Of a stretch of DNA of 64,000 nucleotides, positions 48,936 to 62,000 are shown piece by piece. This DNA comes from Vicugna vicugna (Eukaryota). The position numbers and the translations under genes were made by a program. Position 1 is the first letter of the stretch. The number at the start of each line of letters is the position of its first letter. A model generated the notes under the pieces. That model did not search any database. It saw only the letters and a list, made by a program, of their open reading frames with translations, and had not been told where the DNA came from. The stretch spans positions 2,371,061-2,435,060 of the forward strand of contig MU058423.1 of assembly GCA_013265495.1 (NCBI GenBank). The letters are read 5' to 3'.

Positions 48936-51900
48936 AATGATGCTCCTTGGGAGCCACACCACTTAAACAGAAGTTGGGTGCTGAATTGACAAATCTGGAT
49001 TTAAATCCCCACTCTGCCTCTTTGGAGCTGTGTGACTTGGGTGAGCAATGGTAGCCCTGGATGCTTGAGTGCTTTCAACAGTAAAATAGCTAGTTCTTAG
49101 TGCCATCAGGAGGGTTAGCTGGGAGTAAAGTGCCTGGCAGAAACTGAGGGGAATCCAAAAAGCTGTGCCTTCCATGAGCAATATGCAACCTACAGCCCCC
49201 TCGCATCACACTCCTGTCTGTCTGTCTGTCCTCTGGTCTATGGGAGCCTGTTTGCAGAGCCATAGTGCCATCACAGTGAGCCTCTCTCTGGGGACAGCCT
49301 CCGGCTGGCCACCTAAGCCTAAGTTATATACCCTCTGAAAACAAGACTTTCTGCTCCTTGGGAAATTCTCCAAATCTCCGAGGAACCCAGCCTTTGGGGT
49401 TCCTCATGAGTCTTTAACTGGAGGCAGCCAGACATGAGTTGTGGGATTTTTGGTATGTTCCAAGAGAAGCAGTGGGGACTTTCTGTACCCGGGAGAACTC
49501 CCCAGCCAGTCCAGGCCACATCCCTTGGCACATTCCTAAGATCATACTAATAGTCTTCCAATTAAATAACTTGACAGTTTCCTAGGAGTTTTCACACATG
49601 GGGTATCCAGCCAAACTTACTGTACGGTTGGCTTATCATCTCTGCTTTTACTGATGAAAATTTTAATGAGCACCTACTTTAGATCAGGCCATTTTCTAAG
49701 GCTCTTTCTCCCAAGTTAATGTCCTCTGTTTTGTAAGTGGCCCAGGGAGGACTCAGAGACAGGCCTTCCATCGTGGTGCTTTGGGACCATCAGGCTCCTC
49801 GCAGAGAGCAGGTTTTACCCAGGCAAAGAGCACAGCAGGAAGGTACAGGAGTGCAGACAGGGGTGGCAAGATAAAGGGCTGTAGAAATGGGGAACTCAGG
49901 ACGATCGTGGTCTCAGCTCTGGACCAGCCTGTCCTGCCCGAGTTTCCCAGGCTCTCTCAGTCTCAGTCTCTCTCTTCAGACCTCCCCTCCCCACCCCACG
50001 CCCATCTCCTCCCCTGCCGTAGAGGGCAAGGTCACTGGCTTGGGAGGTAGACAGACCCTGCTTGAGTCTGCTAAGCCCCGGCCTCCCCATCAATACAATG
50101 GGGATAGTAAGGGTAGCTCTCAGGTGGCTCTGAGGGCCCAGAGAAATGATGTAGGTGAATTTCTCAGCACCATCCCCAGCACACGGTAAGAACTCAGTAA
50201 ATGCTGCCTTGGCCTGCCCTCGGTGGACTCCTACATCTAGTCCCACTGCAAGTCTCTCTTTTTTCACCCAGTCTTGCTTCAGCCAAACCCCACCCTTGAA
50301 GAAGCTGTAGGGAATTACATAAGAAACAGAGGGACAGCTGGGACGGGAGAGGAGTGAGGCAGCGACAGATACCCCCTACCATCTCCCCTTATTCCCGGAG
50401 GACAGGCTGACCCTCAGGTCTGGCCTCAGGGACTAAATCCAAACTCCCTCCTTCCTGCTTACTCTATCAGCATCCTGGCATTTCACTTGGCCCAGGGTAG
50501 AGAAGCTGTGGGTTCAGCCTCAGGAGTGGCAAAGACCCTATGCTGAGCAAGCCGCTGGGCCAGGTCTCCCAGTGGGGCCGTCCCTCTGGCAGACAGGCTC
50601 AGAGCCGAGCAGATGGAGAGTGGGGGGCAGGCCTTGCTGGGCTCACACAATCCAGGGATCATTCACCCTCCTGCTGGTGCTGCTAGTGACACCCCGGAGA
50701 AAGTCACCAGGCCTCAGAAGCCCTGCTCCTCTTCCTCTTCCAGAGTCCCTCCACTTTGGATTTTCTCATCCTGTGGGGGAGTGTCCCACCACCGTGACTA
50801 CCTTGTTTTGTGGCAAGATGTGTAACTCACACCCCTACCCCCAACATTAAGTCTCTTCAGCAAGACTGCAAAGCAGGGGTCTTACTATGGAGGTAGCGGA
50901 ACACAACAAGAAGACCTTGGGCTTTGCAGCCACTAGGCTGGTGTTCGATCCCCAAACACGCTACTTACTCAAAGTTCTTCAGCCCCTGGGAACCTCAGTC
51001 ACATCTGTAGTGACCCTAAGAATACTGACTCCATAGGTTACTGTAGAGGTCAAATCCGATGACGTGTGGTTGTACCCAACACACTGGGTACTGATAAATA
51101 TTGATTCCTCCCGCTTCCTCCAGAGGCGGCGTCACAGGCCATGGCTTAGTCCATCAGCCAGTTAGCAGCCTGTTCCTTTCAGGGTGTTGTTCGGTGCTGT
51201 AGAAATGATTAGAGGAGGGAGAGATGCTGTCCCAGCCCTGGAGAAACTCCCTAATGCGTGAGGGAAACCATAGTATGGGCACTCTACTAGCAACCCAAGA
51301 TGCTGCCACCGATGCCTCGCCTGGGTCCTGAGACATTGGGCGGTTGCCACAGCTGCTCTCGGGGGGCCCGGCCAGCACGGCTGCGAGGCGTTGCTTTCCG
51401 ACAGAAGTGGAGGCTGCAATTCTCATTTAGGGCACTCTGTCCTTTTGTTCCAGAGGAGCTCCCCAGATGGGCATGTTAACTACCAGAAGCCTTCTCCTGA
51501 AATGGGGCTACAATTTCGAGAAGATTCTGGTTATGTCTATCAAACGCAGAGTTGCAACTTGGCAAACCAGGCTCTGTGCACAAATGTGTCCTCACTAAGG
51601 AAGGGACGAGGCTGATTGAAGGGCTGTGGCAGTTTTCCTCTCCATTTGATTCCTGGTGTGAGTGGCAGGAGGGCCGGAAGCTGATGACTATTTTGTGAGA
51701 GGCTGCGTGAGACTCTGGGCACAAGCACAGCTTCTATGGGACACAGGTGACAAGGCGAGGCACCAGAGTGGGAAATGCCAGCATCTCTGATGGCTGTTAT
51801 GTCTGTGTCTTGCCCTCATGTATTTTGTGTGAGGTAATTGCTGGTCCACAGGAAAGATGTTAATGGCAGAGGAGCCAAGACAGCAGACACGGGGACCAGA

Positions 51901-52764
51901 CCGCGTGGGTGTGGGGCAAGCCACTGAGCGCCTCTGCCTTAGTGTCCTTTTCTATAAAATGAGGACAGTGTTCCCCTGTCCCAGACAACGCATGTGGAGC
52001 ACTTAGAATGGGGCCTGGTACAGGGTATGTTCTATGTAAGGATCAACTGTTACTTTTTAGGCACCTAAAATATTGGCCTTTCTGTGAATTCTCTCAGGTT
52101 TTTGCAATTGTACCGTAGGTTGAATAATGAAAAACTGGCCAGTTCTCTTTTTCTTGTTCTGCTTTTTATTTCTATATCCTGCCTTATCTCACTGGCTATC
52201 ATGTAGGCCCTTTTGGGAGTGGTGTAAGCCATGCTGAATTTTCAAGGAGCTCTGGGAAGAATGGATGTGAGAGAATTGTGGCCAGAAGCAGAGTGACAGC
52301 TAGGAAGTTGTAGTAACTTAGGTGTGATGGGAAGATGGCTTGGCTGTGGATGACACCCTAGAAAACAGTTAGGGGGCGCCAGCCAAGAGACACCTTAGAA
52401 TAAGAGTCAACTGGATTTGATGGCGATACTGATTACAAAAATAAATGACTAAAACTGGCCATCAAAGCAATTCTATTAAAATTTATTCATCTGAAAAGGA
52501 GAGAAAGAAGGGGAAAAGTTCATAATCTCACTTTATGATTAGTTTTGAGACAATGGATTTGGGAGAAGTTTGCAAAAACTTTTTATTTTCTACCTTATCT
52601 CCATGATTTGTCACAAGTTAGCTATTTCCAAAACACTTCACAATTCATTAATATTTGCAAATGTGTTTCTAGTTTATGAAGCAAATCTACACATTTGGCC
52701 TTATTTTGCCTTCACAAAATTCTATGGTAAATATTACGGAAGAAGCATCGGATGTGAGGCACTA

Positions 52765-52890
52765 TAACGTGGTGGTCAAAAACATGGCTCTTGAGTTTGA
52801 AACCTAGTTTCCTAGCAGTGTGACCTTTGGTAAGTCGCTTAACCTCTCTGTGCCTCAGTTCTGCATCTGTATGGAGGCAATAATATGATC
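52765..52890 (+). mobile_element. MIR SINE fragment
   Basis: tgtgacctttggtaagtcgcttaacctctctgtgcctcagttctgcatctgta. Confidence 0.8.
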
Positions 52891-53232
52891 CCTGTCATGA
52901 TGTTACTTAGTAATATGGTAAGTACCTGTTACAATATAGGAACTTGAGGGCTTGCAAAGCTCTCTTCCTTTCTGACCTGAACTTCTTTGATGCTCACACA
53001 ATTGTCACACATTCCCTTGCAATTTACACCGCAGTTAAACCATTGACTGTCCTGTGACTGTGTATCTCATGACTCTGCCTCAATTTTGAAACCTTGGAGA
53101 GTGATGTTCCCTTGGGTGTGTGAGGCGGAAGGCTCAGCGTGGTCTTTGACAGGGGAGAGGTGTGAACCTGCTAAGCCCCGAAGGTTTGGCAGGGGCTCAG
53201 TTCCCTCACCTTGGACCCCATGGCAGCCGCTC

Positions 53233-53600
53233 TGATTAACTAATTAGTCCAGGGCAACAGGCCTGAGCTAGATCTGCCCTGGGCAACCAGGATGTGTGAG
53301 GAAATCTCTTTCTGCCCACACTGGAGTCGGTCTCAGGCCTCAGCCTGACACTGGCCCTCTGCCCTTCTATCACACACGGCACACACAGAGCTCCATTGCA
53401 GGCACTGCCCCGGGGCCTGTTCTTCCCGGTTGCACCACAGAGGCCTGCACAGAGGAAGGAGAAACAACGAAGGAACGGAAGCCAGGGATCGCGAGTCACG
53501 TGCGGGCGCAGCTGCCAGAGCTCCCGGGCAGATGAGGGCGCCGCGCGGCGGCTGCAGGGGAAGGGGAGGCCCTCCCGGAGATGGAGGTTTCGGGGAGCAA
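53233..53600. promoter_or_regulatory. Small CpG-rich candidate regulatory element
   Basis: 15 CpGs counted in 53461-53595. GTCACGTG E-box at 53495-53502, CTCF-like CCGCGCGGCGGCTG at 53541-53554, homeodomain-type TGATTAACTAATTAG at 53233-53247. Confidence 0.45.
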
Positions 53601-54564
53601 CCTGAAGGGGTGTCTGAGGAGGGACAGGGTGTGGCAGGGAAGAGAAACAATGGTGTCTGTGTAGGGAGACCCAGAAATGGGTTGGGCCCACGCAGGGCTG
53701 GGAGCAGCTATTTAGCTACAGTGGAAAAATCCCGACCAGAGATTTTCGTTCAACAAATATTTATGGCACCTACTCAGTGCAAAGGAGAGGGCCAGGCCGA
53801 GTCACATTGCAAAGGAGAGGGGAACCTGAGCTCAGTAGTCAGCTGGGACCCCACCCGCTGGCAAAGAAGTGTTGAGTCACAGACCACCAGTGATACTGCC
53901 CAGACAGAGGCAGGGTGACCCTGGAGGGTCGGGGGAACCAAAGCTGCTGTCTGAATAGTGTAGCTGGAGAACAGGCAGCAACAAGCACTCAAACTAAAAG
54001 GCCTTTGCCTCCCTCCGCTCCAGTCTCCCCTCCAGAGGCAGCCCCGAAGCTGAGGACGCTGAGACTAGGGGTGCTGGTGGGGGGACGAGGGAGGGTCAGG
54101 AGCCCTGCCTGCCTCACTCGTCTGTTTCTCACTCTATCCTTTCCTTCACATCCTCGTGGTCCCGCTGTGTCTCCAGGCCACTCCTCGCTCACCTGCTGCC
54201 CCAATGCCCTGTTTGCCACAGGGTCCTTGTCCTGCTGCGTGCACTGGCCCTACCCTCTCATGCCTCCCTGTCTCATGGCCCGAAGACCAGAAGTAGCACC
54301 AGAATGTCCTCCAGTCCTAGATTCGGGCTTCGGCCCCCAAGACCCAGGCAGGCAGCAGCTGACTGCAAACAAAGTGACCCCACGTCGGGTACAGTAAAAG
54401 TCAAAATCATCATCCTCTGCCTGAATGCTAACTGCCTGAGTAACAGCAGCGTTCTGTGGCCATTCCTCAGGAAATGTCACCCCAAAAGGTCAGTGCAGAA
54501 GTGAGCTACTCCTGAGGTGCTATCCCAAGGACGCCTCAGGTTTGCAGAGCTGTTTACAGCTTGC

Positions 54565-54740
54565 AAAGCACTGTCACAGCTGATCTTTACAGAAACCCCA
54601 GCGTCCCAGCGATCCCATTGTACAGATGAAGAAACTGAGGCTCAGAGATGGGAAGTGCTCAGCCCAGGCTTGGCAGTTAAGTGGTAGAACCTGGACTTGA
54701 AGCCAGGCCAGTCACATTCTGGGCCCCACGCTCTTTCTAT
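54565..54740 (-). mobile_element. MIR SINE
   Basis: atcccattgtacagatgaagaaactgaggctcagagatgggaagtg...gttaagtggtagaacctggacttgaagccagg. Confidence 0.85.
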
Positions 54741-55154
54741 TAGGCCAAGATCCTCTCTCACTCTTCACCCAACATCAAGTCCAGATGATGAGTTGGTGAT
54801 TCCCTCCCTGTCTAAGGCCATCACCCCTGCTTACTTAATGACCTCACATCCACCACACCGCAGGTACTTCCTCCCCATGTCTCCTTTCATTACTCCCTGG
54901 GGGGTCCCTGCCCTTTGCCTAGAAGGTCCTTTCTCAGCTGCTCCTCGAAGCCAGTTGCTGATCTTTCTTCAAGAAATGCCACCTCCTCTGTGAAGCCCTC
55001 CCTGTCATGACCCAGCAGAGCCGACCCCTCCCTCTGGGCCCCCATGTCTGTCTGCTCCAGGACCTCTGCACACTAGGATGTAACCCACCATGTGAGAATT
55101 AACAGTCTGAGTATCTGTGCCCTCCACACCCCGACCAGCACAGGGCTGGTTGTG

Positions 55155-55222
55155 GAAGGAAGGAAGCAAGGAAGGAAGTAAAGAAGGAAGGAGGGAAGAA
55201 GTGAGGGAGAGAAGGAAGGAAG
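55155..55222. repeat. Degenerate (GGAA)n purine-rich tract
   Basis: Seen directly. Confidence 0.75.
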
Positions 55223-58200
55223 TCCATCAAGGGAGTCTGGTCTTGTGTCATTAAGAAGGAGCTTACATCAGGAAGGCACCCTGTCATCTTGAGAGAATGG
55301 AGAAGCCAAGGCCAGGAGAAAGAGTGACTTCACTGGCCCTTGAGCCACCCAAAGGTCACATGTCCTCCTTACTTCTGGCCTTCCCCTGTGAGGACATTAC
55401 TCAGCCACCCCTCAGCTCCACCCACTCCTCGTGGCTCTATTCAGGAAGGGACAGCTGGTGGAGTCATCCTTCCTGCCTCGGTCCTTTTTTTCCACTGTCC
55501 AGGGAATCTGTAAAGCCACCTTCCTCCTCACCCTTGTCCCTGTCCCCTGCCCCCAGAGAGGCCAGCTGGGTTCTCCCTTAGACCTCTCTTCACACTCAGA
55601 TGGAGCCAGAGGAATGGCCAAGCCTGAACCAGTGCCTCACTCCCACCTTTGGGGCCCTGTGTTTAATGAAGACAACAGCACAATGGTCCTGCTGCCCCTC
55701 TTCCTTGAGCCAAGGGCTGACACCCCAGCCCTCCGTCTGTGGAACCAGCCCACTCCCATGTGGGGCCCATGGAACACTGCTCAGGGAGCCCCAAGAGAAG
55801 GCTACCCCAGCTTGTTGTCCAGCCCTGTTGGGTGGCAGACCATCATGCTCCCCACCACCCACCCCAGGGGTAGCAGGATGCTTGACATCCTACCATTAGA
55901 ATCCATTCCTCTATCTCTTTGAGGAGCCAGTTGGCAGAGATGGAGCCTACTGGAAAACGCAGATCTTGGGGTGGGCACTGGCTCCCGGGCATGGCATAAG
56001 GATCAAGGGTGACCCTTGGATTCTCAGGCTGGGAGAGCTGGAAGCCAATGATATGTTAACCTGAGAGAGAAAGGAAAAGAAAGCTTGACTTTCCATTCCT
56101 GCCTTGGGGCACCCCTGGAGGCTAGGACCCGAGGGAGAGGGCAGAGCATGACATGGTTGGCCCTGGAGGGGTTAATCTTGGCTGCCCAGCCTCTGTGCAG
56201 AAAGAGGCTCCTCACCTGTGCCTTCTGGGTAGAAGGGGAGGTGGAACCAATGCTGGCCTGGGGCAGCTCAAGCCACAGCCTCCTCCAGAAAGCCTCCCAC
56301 CCCAACTCCCTCACATCTCCACCCTTCCTTGAATCCTATTCCGGATCGCAGGAAGCCACCTGTGCTGGCACGGGGCGCAGGCCACTGACTCATCCACAAG
56401 AACAGCAGCCTCCCCGATCACGCTCGCACCAGCCACATCTGTTCTCTGCACCTGCTCAACTCTTTGGCCAAAATGGCGCACTGCAGCTCAGGAGAAGACG
56501 ATCCATCTGGCCCAGGCCAGGGCTGCTGCACCACTGGTCCCCGCTGCTCAGGGCACACATCATAGAATTCTTCCATGACGTGTGTGATGCTGTGCTCCAA
56601 CTGACATTCTTAAACTGCTCTCCCCACGCCACTCCACGGCCACACTCAGCCTGAGTCCCCAGGCTGAGGGGATGATGTGGATATACAGGAGTCCCTCCCC
56701 CTGCACTAGACAATGGCTTTGAGGAACTCAAATGGCCATGGAATACTTTGGCCTTTGCAACTAAGACCATGAGACATCAAGCCATCATGGCCTTGGCAGC
56801 CCCAAACCACCCATGGGCCTGGCTTTACCTGCCGGAAGGAAGTGAGGCACGTCCATCACCCTGACCTCTCTGTGCTCAGAACCAGCTGAAATGGATCTGC
56901 TGTCCCTGCCTAAAGGGACAGAACAGCAGGGGAACCTGTGCCCTGACGGAGGGCACAGCGTGAGGACAACACTGGGAGCTCTTGTCCCCAAAGGCAGGCC
57001 CAAGAAGATACAATCTTTTAATTACATGCTCAGGCTTCCTGGGCTGCCGGCCAGGGTACATTTAGCCCTCAGCCTCCTCTACAGACCAGCAGAAACACTG
57101 CTTCCCTCTGCCCTGATCCTCTCTGGGGAAAGAGGGATCCAGGGACCCCAGGACAGAGGAAAGGAGGCAGCAGACCCACTGGGGCTGGACTTGGAGCTCT
57201 GGTCTCTGGGGAGTGGGTGAGGGGGAGGAGTGGGGCACAGATCAATTCAGCACTCCCTTCACAGCACGCCCACTCGGGCTCTGCCAAGACCTGGTTGGGG
57301 CTGGGGATGGGAGCAGCATCAATCCTGCCTCCCTGGAACACCTAAACCCTCTGGTCCGGATTCTCTGAAGGCCATCTCATCGGCCTGCTGTACCCAGGCA
57401 GTTACAGAGTGTATGCAGCAGCCCTGCTTAAGACAACAGGGAGGATGGGCTGTATGGGGAGAGACCTGAAGAGGGGGGCCCATCCTCTCCTGCCCGAGGG
57501 ACTCAAGATTTTTATGCACTACTTTTGCTGGGCCAAAAAAAAAGCGTCAGTCCTGTCCAGTTTGTGACCCTTTCACCTGGTTTCCTTTCATCTCCCAAGG
57601 ATCCCAGCACCGATGCCACCAGCTCTTCTGAGTCCAGGTGAGCAGGAGCAGGACGCTGGAGGGTCCTGCGGGGTGGGGCGCTACCCTTCAGAGGAGCTTC
57701 CCTGTGCAGTGTCTCTTTAAGTCAGGCAACAACTGCAGAACATGAGCGTTAGATTTTGTTGTTTAGGGCTTGCTGTCTCTCTCAAGAAGCTCAGGAAACC
57801 AACATGGATTTGTAGAGCAGTTATGCACTTATGAAGGGCTTTCCCATATCAAAGCACATCTAATCCCTTTAGCTTACAGAGGGGAAGTCTGGGATGCAGA
57901 GGGAGTAATGCCTCATCTCAAACTTGGGAGAACCGGGGCTGGAGGTCAGGTCTCCTCACCCAAGTTCTAGGCTCTGTTCATCCAACCAGCCAGGCCGGCC
58001 CTGCACAGATGCAGCCGGTGTGGACACTGGTTCTCTTCACCCTCCGGCTCAAGGTCATGGCCTTTGCAAATCCCCCGGGCAGTAAGAGAAGATGGATGGC
58101 ACCAAGGGAGAGAGCATGCTGGGCACTGGCCTCTACAGGCCACTGCAGCCCTGACCATGAGAAAGCTGGATGGCTCCCCTGCCGGTGAGGCCTGAGTCTC

Positions 58201-58309
58201 AGCCTAGGGCCTGCCCAAGACAGCTCACTTTGCACGAAGAAAAGGCCTGGGCCACTAGCCAGCTTAGCCTCTCCATCCCTACTTTAGCCAGCAACATATT
58301 GTATGAGGT

Positions 58310-58578
58310 GAGAGTACATATCCTGGAGCTCTTTACCCTGGGTTCAAATCCCAGCTCAGCTCCCTGATAGCTATGTGACCTTGGGCAAGTTCTTAACCTC
58401 TCTGTGCCTCAGTTTTCTCATTTGTAAAATGAGGACAATAGTATTTGTACTTACTCCGTAGGACAGTCATGAGAAGTATATGAGTTAATACACGTGAGGT
58501 GCTTAATACAGTGCCTGACACATTGTAAGAGCTACATCAGTAGTTGATGTATTATTACTGTTATTGTTATTATTATTT
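58310..58578 (+). mobile_element. MIR SINE, near full length, with a (TTA)n tail
   Basis: ctgggttcaaatcccagctc...tagctatgtgaccttgggcaagttcttaacctctctgtgcctcagttttctcatttgtaaaatgagg...tgagttaatacacgtgaggtgcttaatacagtgcctgacaca. Confidence 0.92.
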
Positions 58579-59228
58579 TATGACCCAAGAGAGACTAGGG
58601 ATACCACAGCAGGCCAAACCATAAGGCTCTTGGGGAGGTTCTGTGGAAGGGAAGGGACCTGTTATGCAAGGGACTGTCATCCCCCATGGGCGAGTGGCTC
58701 ACCACGGGGGTTACATCAAGTGGAAACTGCCATTAATAGTAGTTCCCCTTTGGGTCCAGTCACAAACCCACAGAGCACGAGGGGGTGAGAAATTTTACTA
58801 TTGTTGGAGTGAAAAATGTTACTACTGGGCAGAAATCCATTTTTAGAACCTGAGAAGTTATTTTGAGCAGAGGGTTGATGTTATTTTTTTTTTAACAACC
58901 TCTGCACTCTAACAATACAGGCACAGGGGCTCTGAGGAGAAACCAAGCACAATGGGGAGCCTTGCTATGCTTCTGTAGTTGCTAGGCAATGCCTCTGGCC
59001 TCCCACCCCGGGGAAGCCCAGTGGAGAGCAAAGGACGGGCTCCATGGACCCCCGATGATCCCTCGTCACAAGTGCCAGGGTTCGTTAGATGTCCCCGAGA
59101 CTCTCTCAAGGGTGTCTGGAGAAAGCAACTTCCTTTTCTTTTCAGCGGGGACAATGTCTAATTAGGCAGGCAGATCAGCAGGGGAGAGCATTTTGCATAG
59201 CCTCAGGCATGCCTCACCTTCTAAAGCT

Positions 59229-59712
59229 ATATGAGTTTTCTATGGCAGCTGGAACAAATCATCATGAATTTGGTGGCTTAGCACAACACAAATGTATTCT
59301 CTCATAATCCTAGAGGTCAGAAGTCCAAAAGCAGTATCACCAGGCTCAAATCAAGGTATCCATAGGGTTATGCTCCCTCCAGAGACTTTAAGGGAGAATC
59401 TGTTCCCTGCCCCTTGCAGCGTCTCATGACTGCCGGCATCCCTTGGCTTGTGGCTGCATCCTTCCAGCCTCTGCCTCTGTGGTCACGTTGCCTTCTCCTC
59501 TTCTATCTGTGCCAAATCTCCCTCTGCCTGTCCCTTGTAGGGACACTTGTGATTGCATTTAGGACCTACCTTGATAAACCAAAAGCATCCCTCTATCTCA
59601 GAATTCTTAACTTAGTCTTACATCTGCTAAGAACTTTTTTCCATATAAGGTAACATTTATAGATTCCAGGGAGGAGGATGTGATATCTTTGAGGATCATT
59701 ATTCATCCTGTA
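59229..59712 (-). mobile_element. MLT1 (ERVL-MaLR) solo LTR
   Basis: gtggcttagcacaacacaaatgtattctctcataatcctagaggtcagaagtcc...gggagaatctgttccctgcc...ccttggcttgtggctgcatc...ccatataaggtaacatt...ttccaggg. Confidence 0.88.
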
Positions 59713-60669
59713 TTATCCAAGCCAATGTCTTTGTCCAACAAAATCAGACAGCAGGTCACCACTCAGTCCCTGCATGCTGCCACTCTCCCCCTGGCATCAT
59801 ACACTAGGGTACGAACAACAGAGCACACAGCACTGACCTGAGGTCCTGCCCATCCTGGAGGTGGCTTGTATGGACCCGCAAACAGGCCAGTCATGGAGCT
59901 TCTGGGAGGAGTTGGGGGGTTGGATTGCACACTCAGGCAATGACAGCTCCTTTGAGGCCTCCAGTTACCACCACAAAAGGAAACAGGGAACTAGCGACCA
60001 GATCCCAGGACTATTAAAAATTCAATGAAGAAATGGAAAAAATAGCAGATGCTAATTCTTCAGAATCCCAGCCTCCAGAGATAATAAAACATTCGTTGTA
60101 TAAGGGGATCTTCCTTCTAGACCTTTTTGTCCTCAGATAGAACCATATACTTTTAATTTTTAAAAGCAAAAGTGAAATTAGACCACTTATGCTGTTCTTC
60201 AACCTTTTTTTTTCAATAAATTGTATCTCTTGGTACTATTCAGGGCACTACATGTAGCATTTCCTCCATCTTTCTAAAGGCCACTGAGGAGGGACCATGA
60301 GTAGTTACCTTATTGATGGGCATTTAGATTGTTTCTGATTTTTCAGCTGAAACAAACACAGTGAGATAATTCAGTGAGGTACTAATATCTGGCTTGCTTG
60401 CGTTGCTACAGGAGGCTCACAAAGATGGGGAGGCATTTTTCTCTTCCCTTCACACACCACCCCAACTCATACCAAAGCAATCAAGCCTTGGGTGAAAAAA
60501 GTCAAGGCTTCCCTAGCTCCCAGGAAGACTTAATAGGTCTTTGTTTTCCAAGGCTGAACCTCACAGAAACAAGGAAATGGATTGTCAGAGAGGGGGAGGG
60601 GTTCTGTGTTTGTGAGGAGCTTCCACTGCAAACACAAACATCTCCTCTCCTACTGGCTTAGACAATAGA

Positions 60670-61060
60670 GAGAATGTATTGTCTCCTGCATCAGAAAAGC
60701 CCAGGCGCTGAGTGGGATTCAGGTGTGGTTTGATCCAGAGGTTCACGGTATCATCAGGCTCTGCTTTTGTTTTTCTGAGGTTCTTTTGGCTCAGTCCTGC
60801 TCTGTGGGTTAGCTCTGTCCACAGAATCATTTTTCTCCTTGCAGTGAACAGACCTAGAGCAGTTCAGGGCCCATATTCATTCATGACACTATCCACAGAA
60901 AAAGAAAAATCTCTGTGCTAGACTCTTCCCAGGAAAACTCCTGAGATGAACCCTGATTGGACCAGTTTAGGTCATGTGTCCACCACTGAACTAATCACTG
61001 TGGTGGGGAGATGGACTGAATTAACAGATTTAATCTAGATCATGTGCCCTGTCACCCCAG
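60670..61060 (-). mobile_element. Old MLT1-type LTR (J/K/L-like)
   Basis: ttcaggtgtggtttgatccagagg...ctgattggaccagtttaggtcatgtgtccaccactgaactaatcactgtgg. Confidence 0.65.
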
Positions 61061-61339
61061 GGTTTCCAGAGGGTTTAACCCTCTGGGGTCAGAAGAGCTT
61101 ATGGCTTTTCCAAAGTCAGGGGGATTTTTCCAATAAAAATTAGGAGGTTGGGAAAGGGGAAGTAGTGAGGCAAGCATCTTTAAGGGTGGAGCGGCTCAAA
61201 GTGGCCCTGCCTAGGGATAAACAAGTGGGTTTTCTGGACTGTGTAAATGCTACATCCTGATGCCTATAGAATCCTGAGTGGGTAGAGCCCAAGCACAAGT
61301 GTGTGAGGAGCAAATTCACGCCGACTCCCCACGTGTGAG

Positions 61340-62000
61340 CATGTACCTGGATGCCAGGACAAATTTCTAGAACTAGAGCTGTTGGGTCAAAGGGCAAAGT
61401 CAAACTTTAATAGGTATTGCTAAGTTACCCTCCAAAAAGGTTTTTGCCCATTTCTCCTTCCAACAATACAGCCTCTTAAAAGGCCCATTAACCCACCTCT
61501 TGTCAGTAAGTACCAAAAATTACCCATCTTTCTAAAGTGTGCCATCTCAATAGAATTAATTTGATTTTTAAAATGATAATATCTTTGAACATACTTACTA
61601 ATTATAATTCCTCTTCCATGGATTACCTGCTAGTGGCCTTTGTTCATTTTTCTATTGAGTTATCTTTTTGTTATTGACTTGTGAAAGCTCTTTGTAGATT
61701 AGGGCTATAAACCCTTTGTTTAATCTGTTGCAAACATTTTCCCCAGCTTGTCCTTTGCATTTTGACTTTGTACGTAGAGCTTTTGTTGTCAGAACTGTAC
61801 AAATTGTACGTGGTTCAATGAATCAGGCTTTTCTGGTTTTCTGCCTAAAAAGGTCTTACCCTAAAATAACAAAAAAATGGTCACCCGAGGTTTTTTTCAT
61901 GACTTCTGTGGTTTGTTTTTGCATTTAAATATTTCACTTATCTGGAATTTTTTATAATTGTATTAAATACGTGCAGCAGGGATGAATTTTCTTTTTTTCA
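61340..62000 (-). mobile_element. Old L1 (L1ME-like) fragment
   Basis: gctgttgggtcaaagggca...taggtattgctaagttaccctccaaaaagg...ttgacttgtgaaagctctttgtagattaggg...gttgcaaacattttccccag...cttatctggaattt. Confidence 0.75.

Noticed and set aside
56085..56770. Overlapping ORFs with protein-like snippets (e.g. HVMEEFYDVCPEQ)
   Set aside because: I recognise no homologue, and there is no poly-A, TSD or convincing splice structure. A BLASTx search would settle it.
58978..58990. RFX X-box-like GTTGCTAGGCAAT
   Set aside because: It is a single motif with one mismatch and no promoter context.
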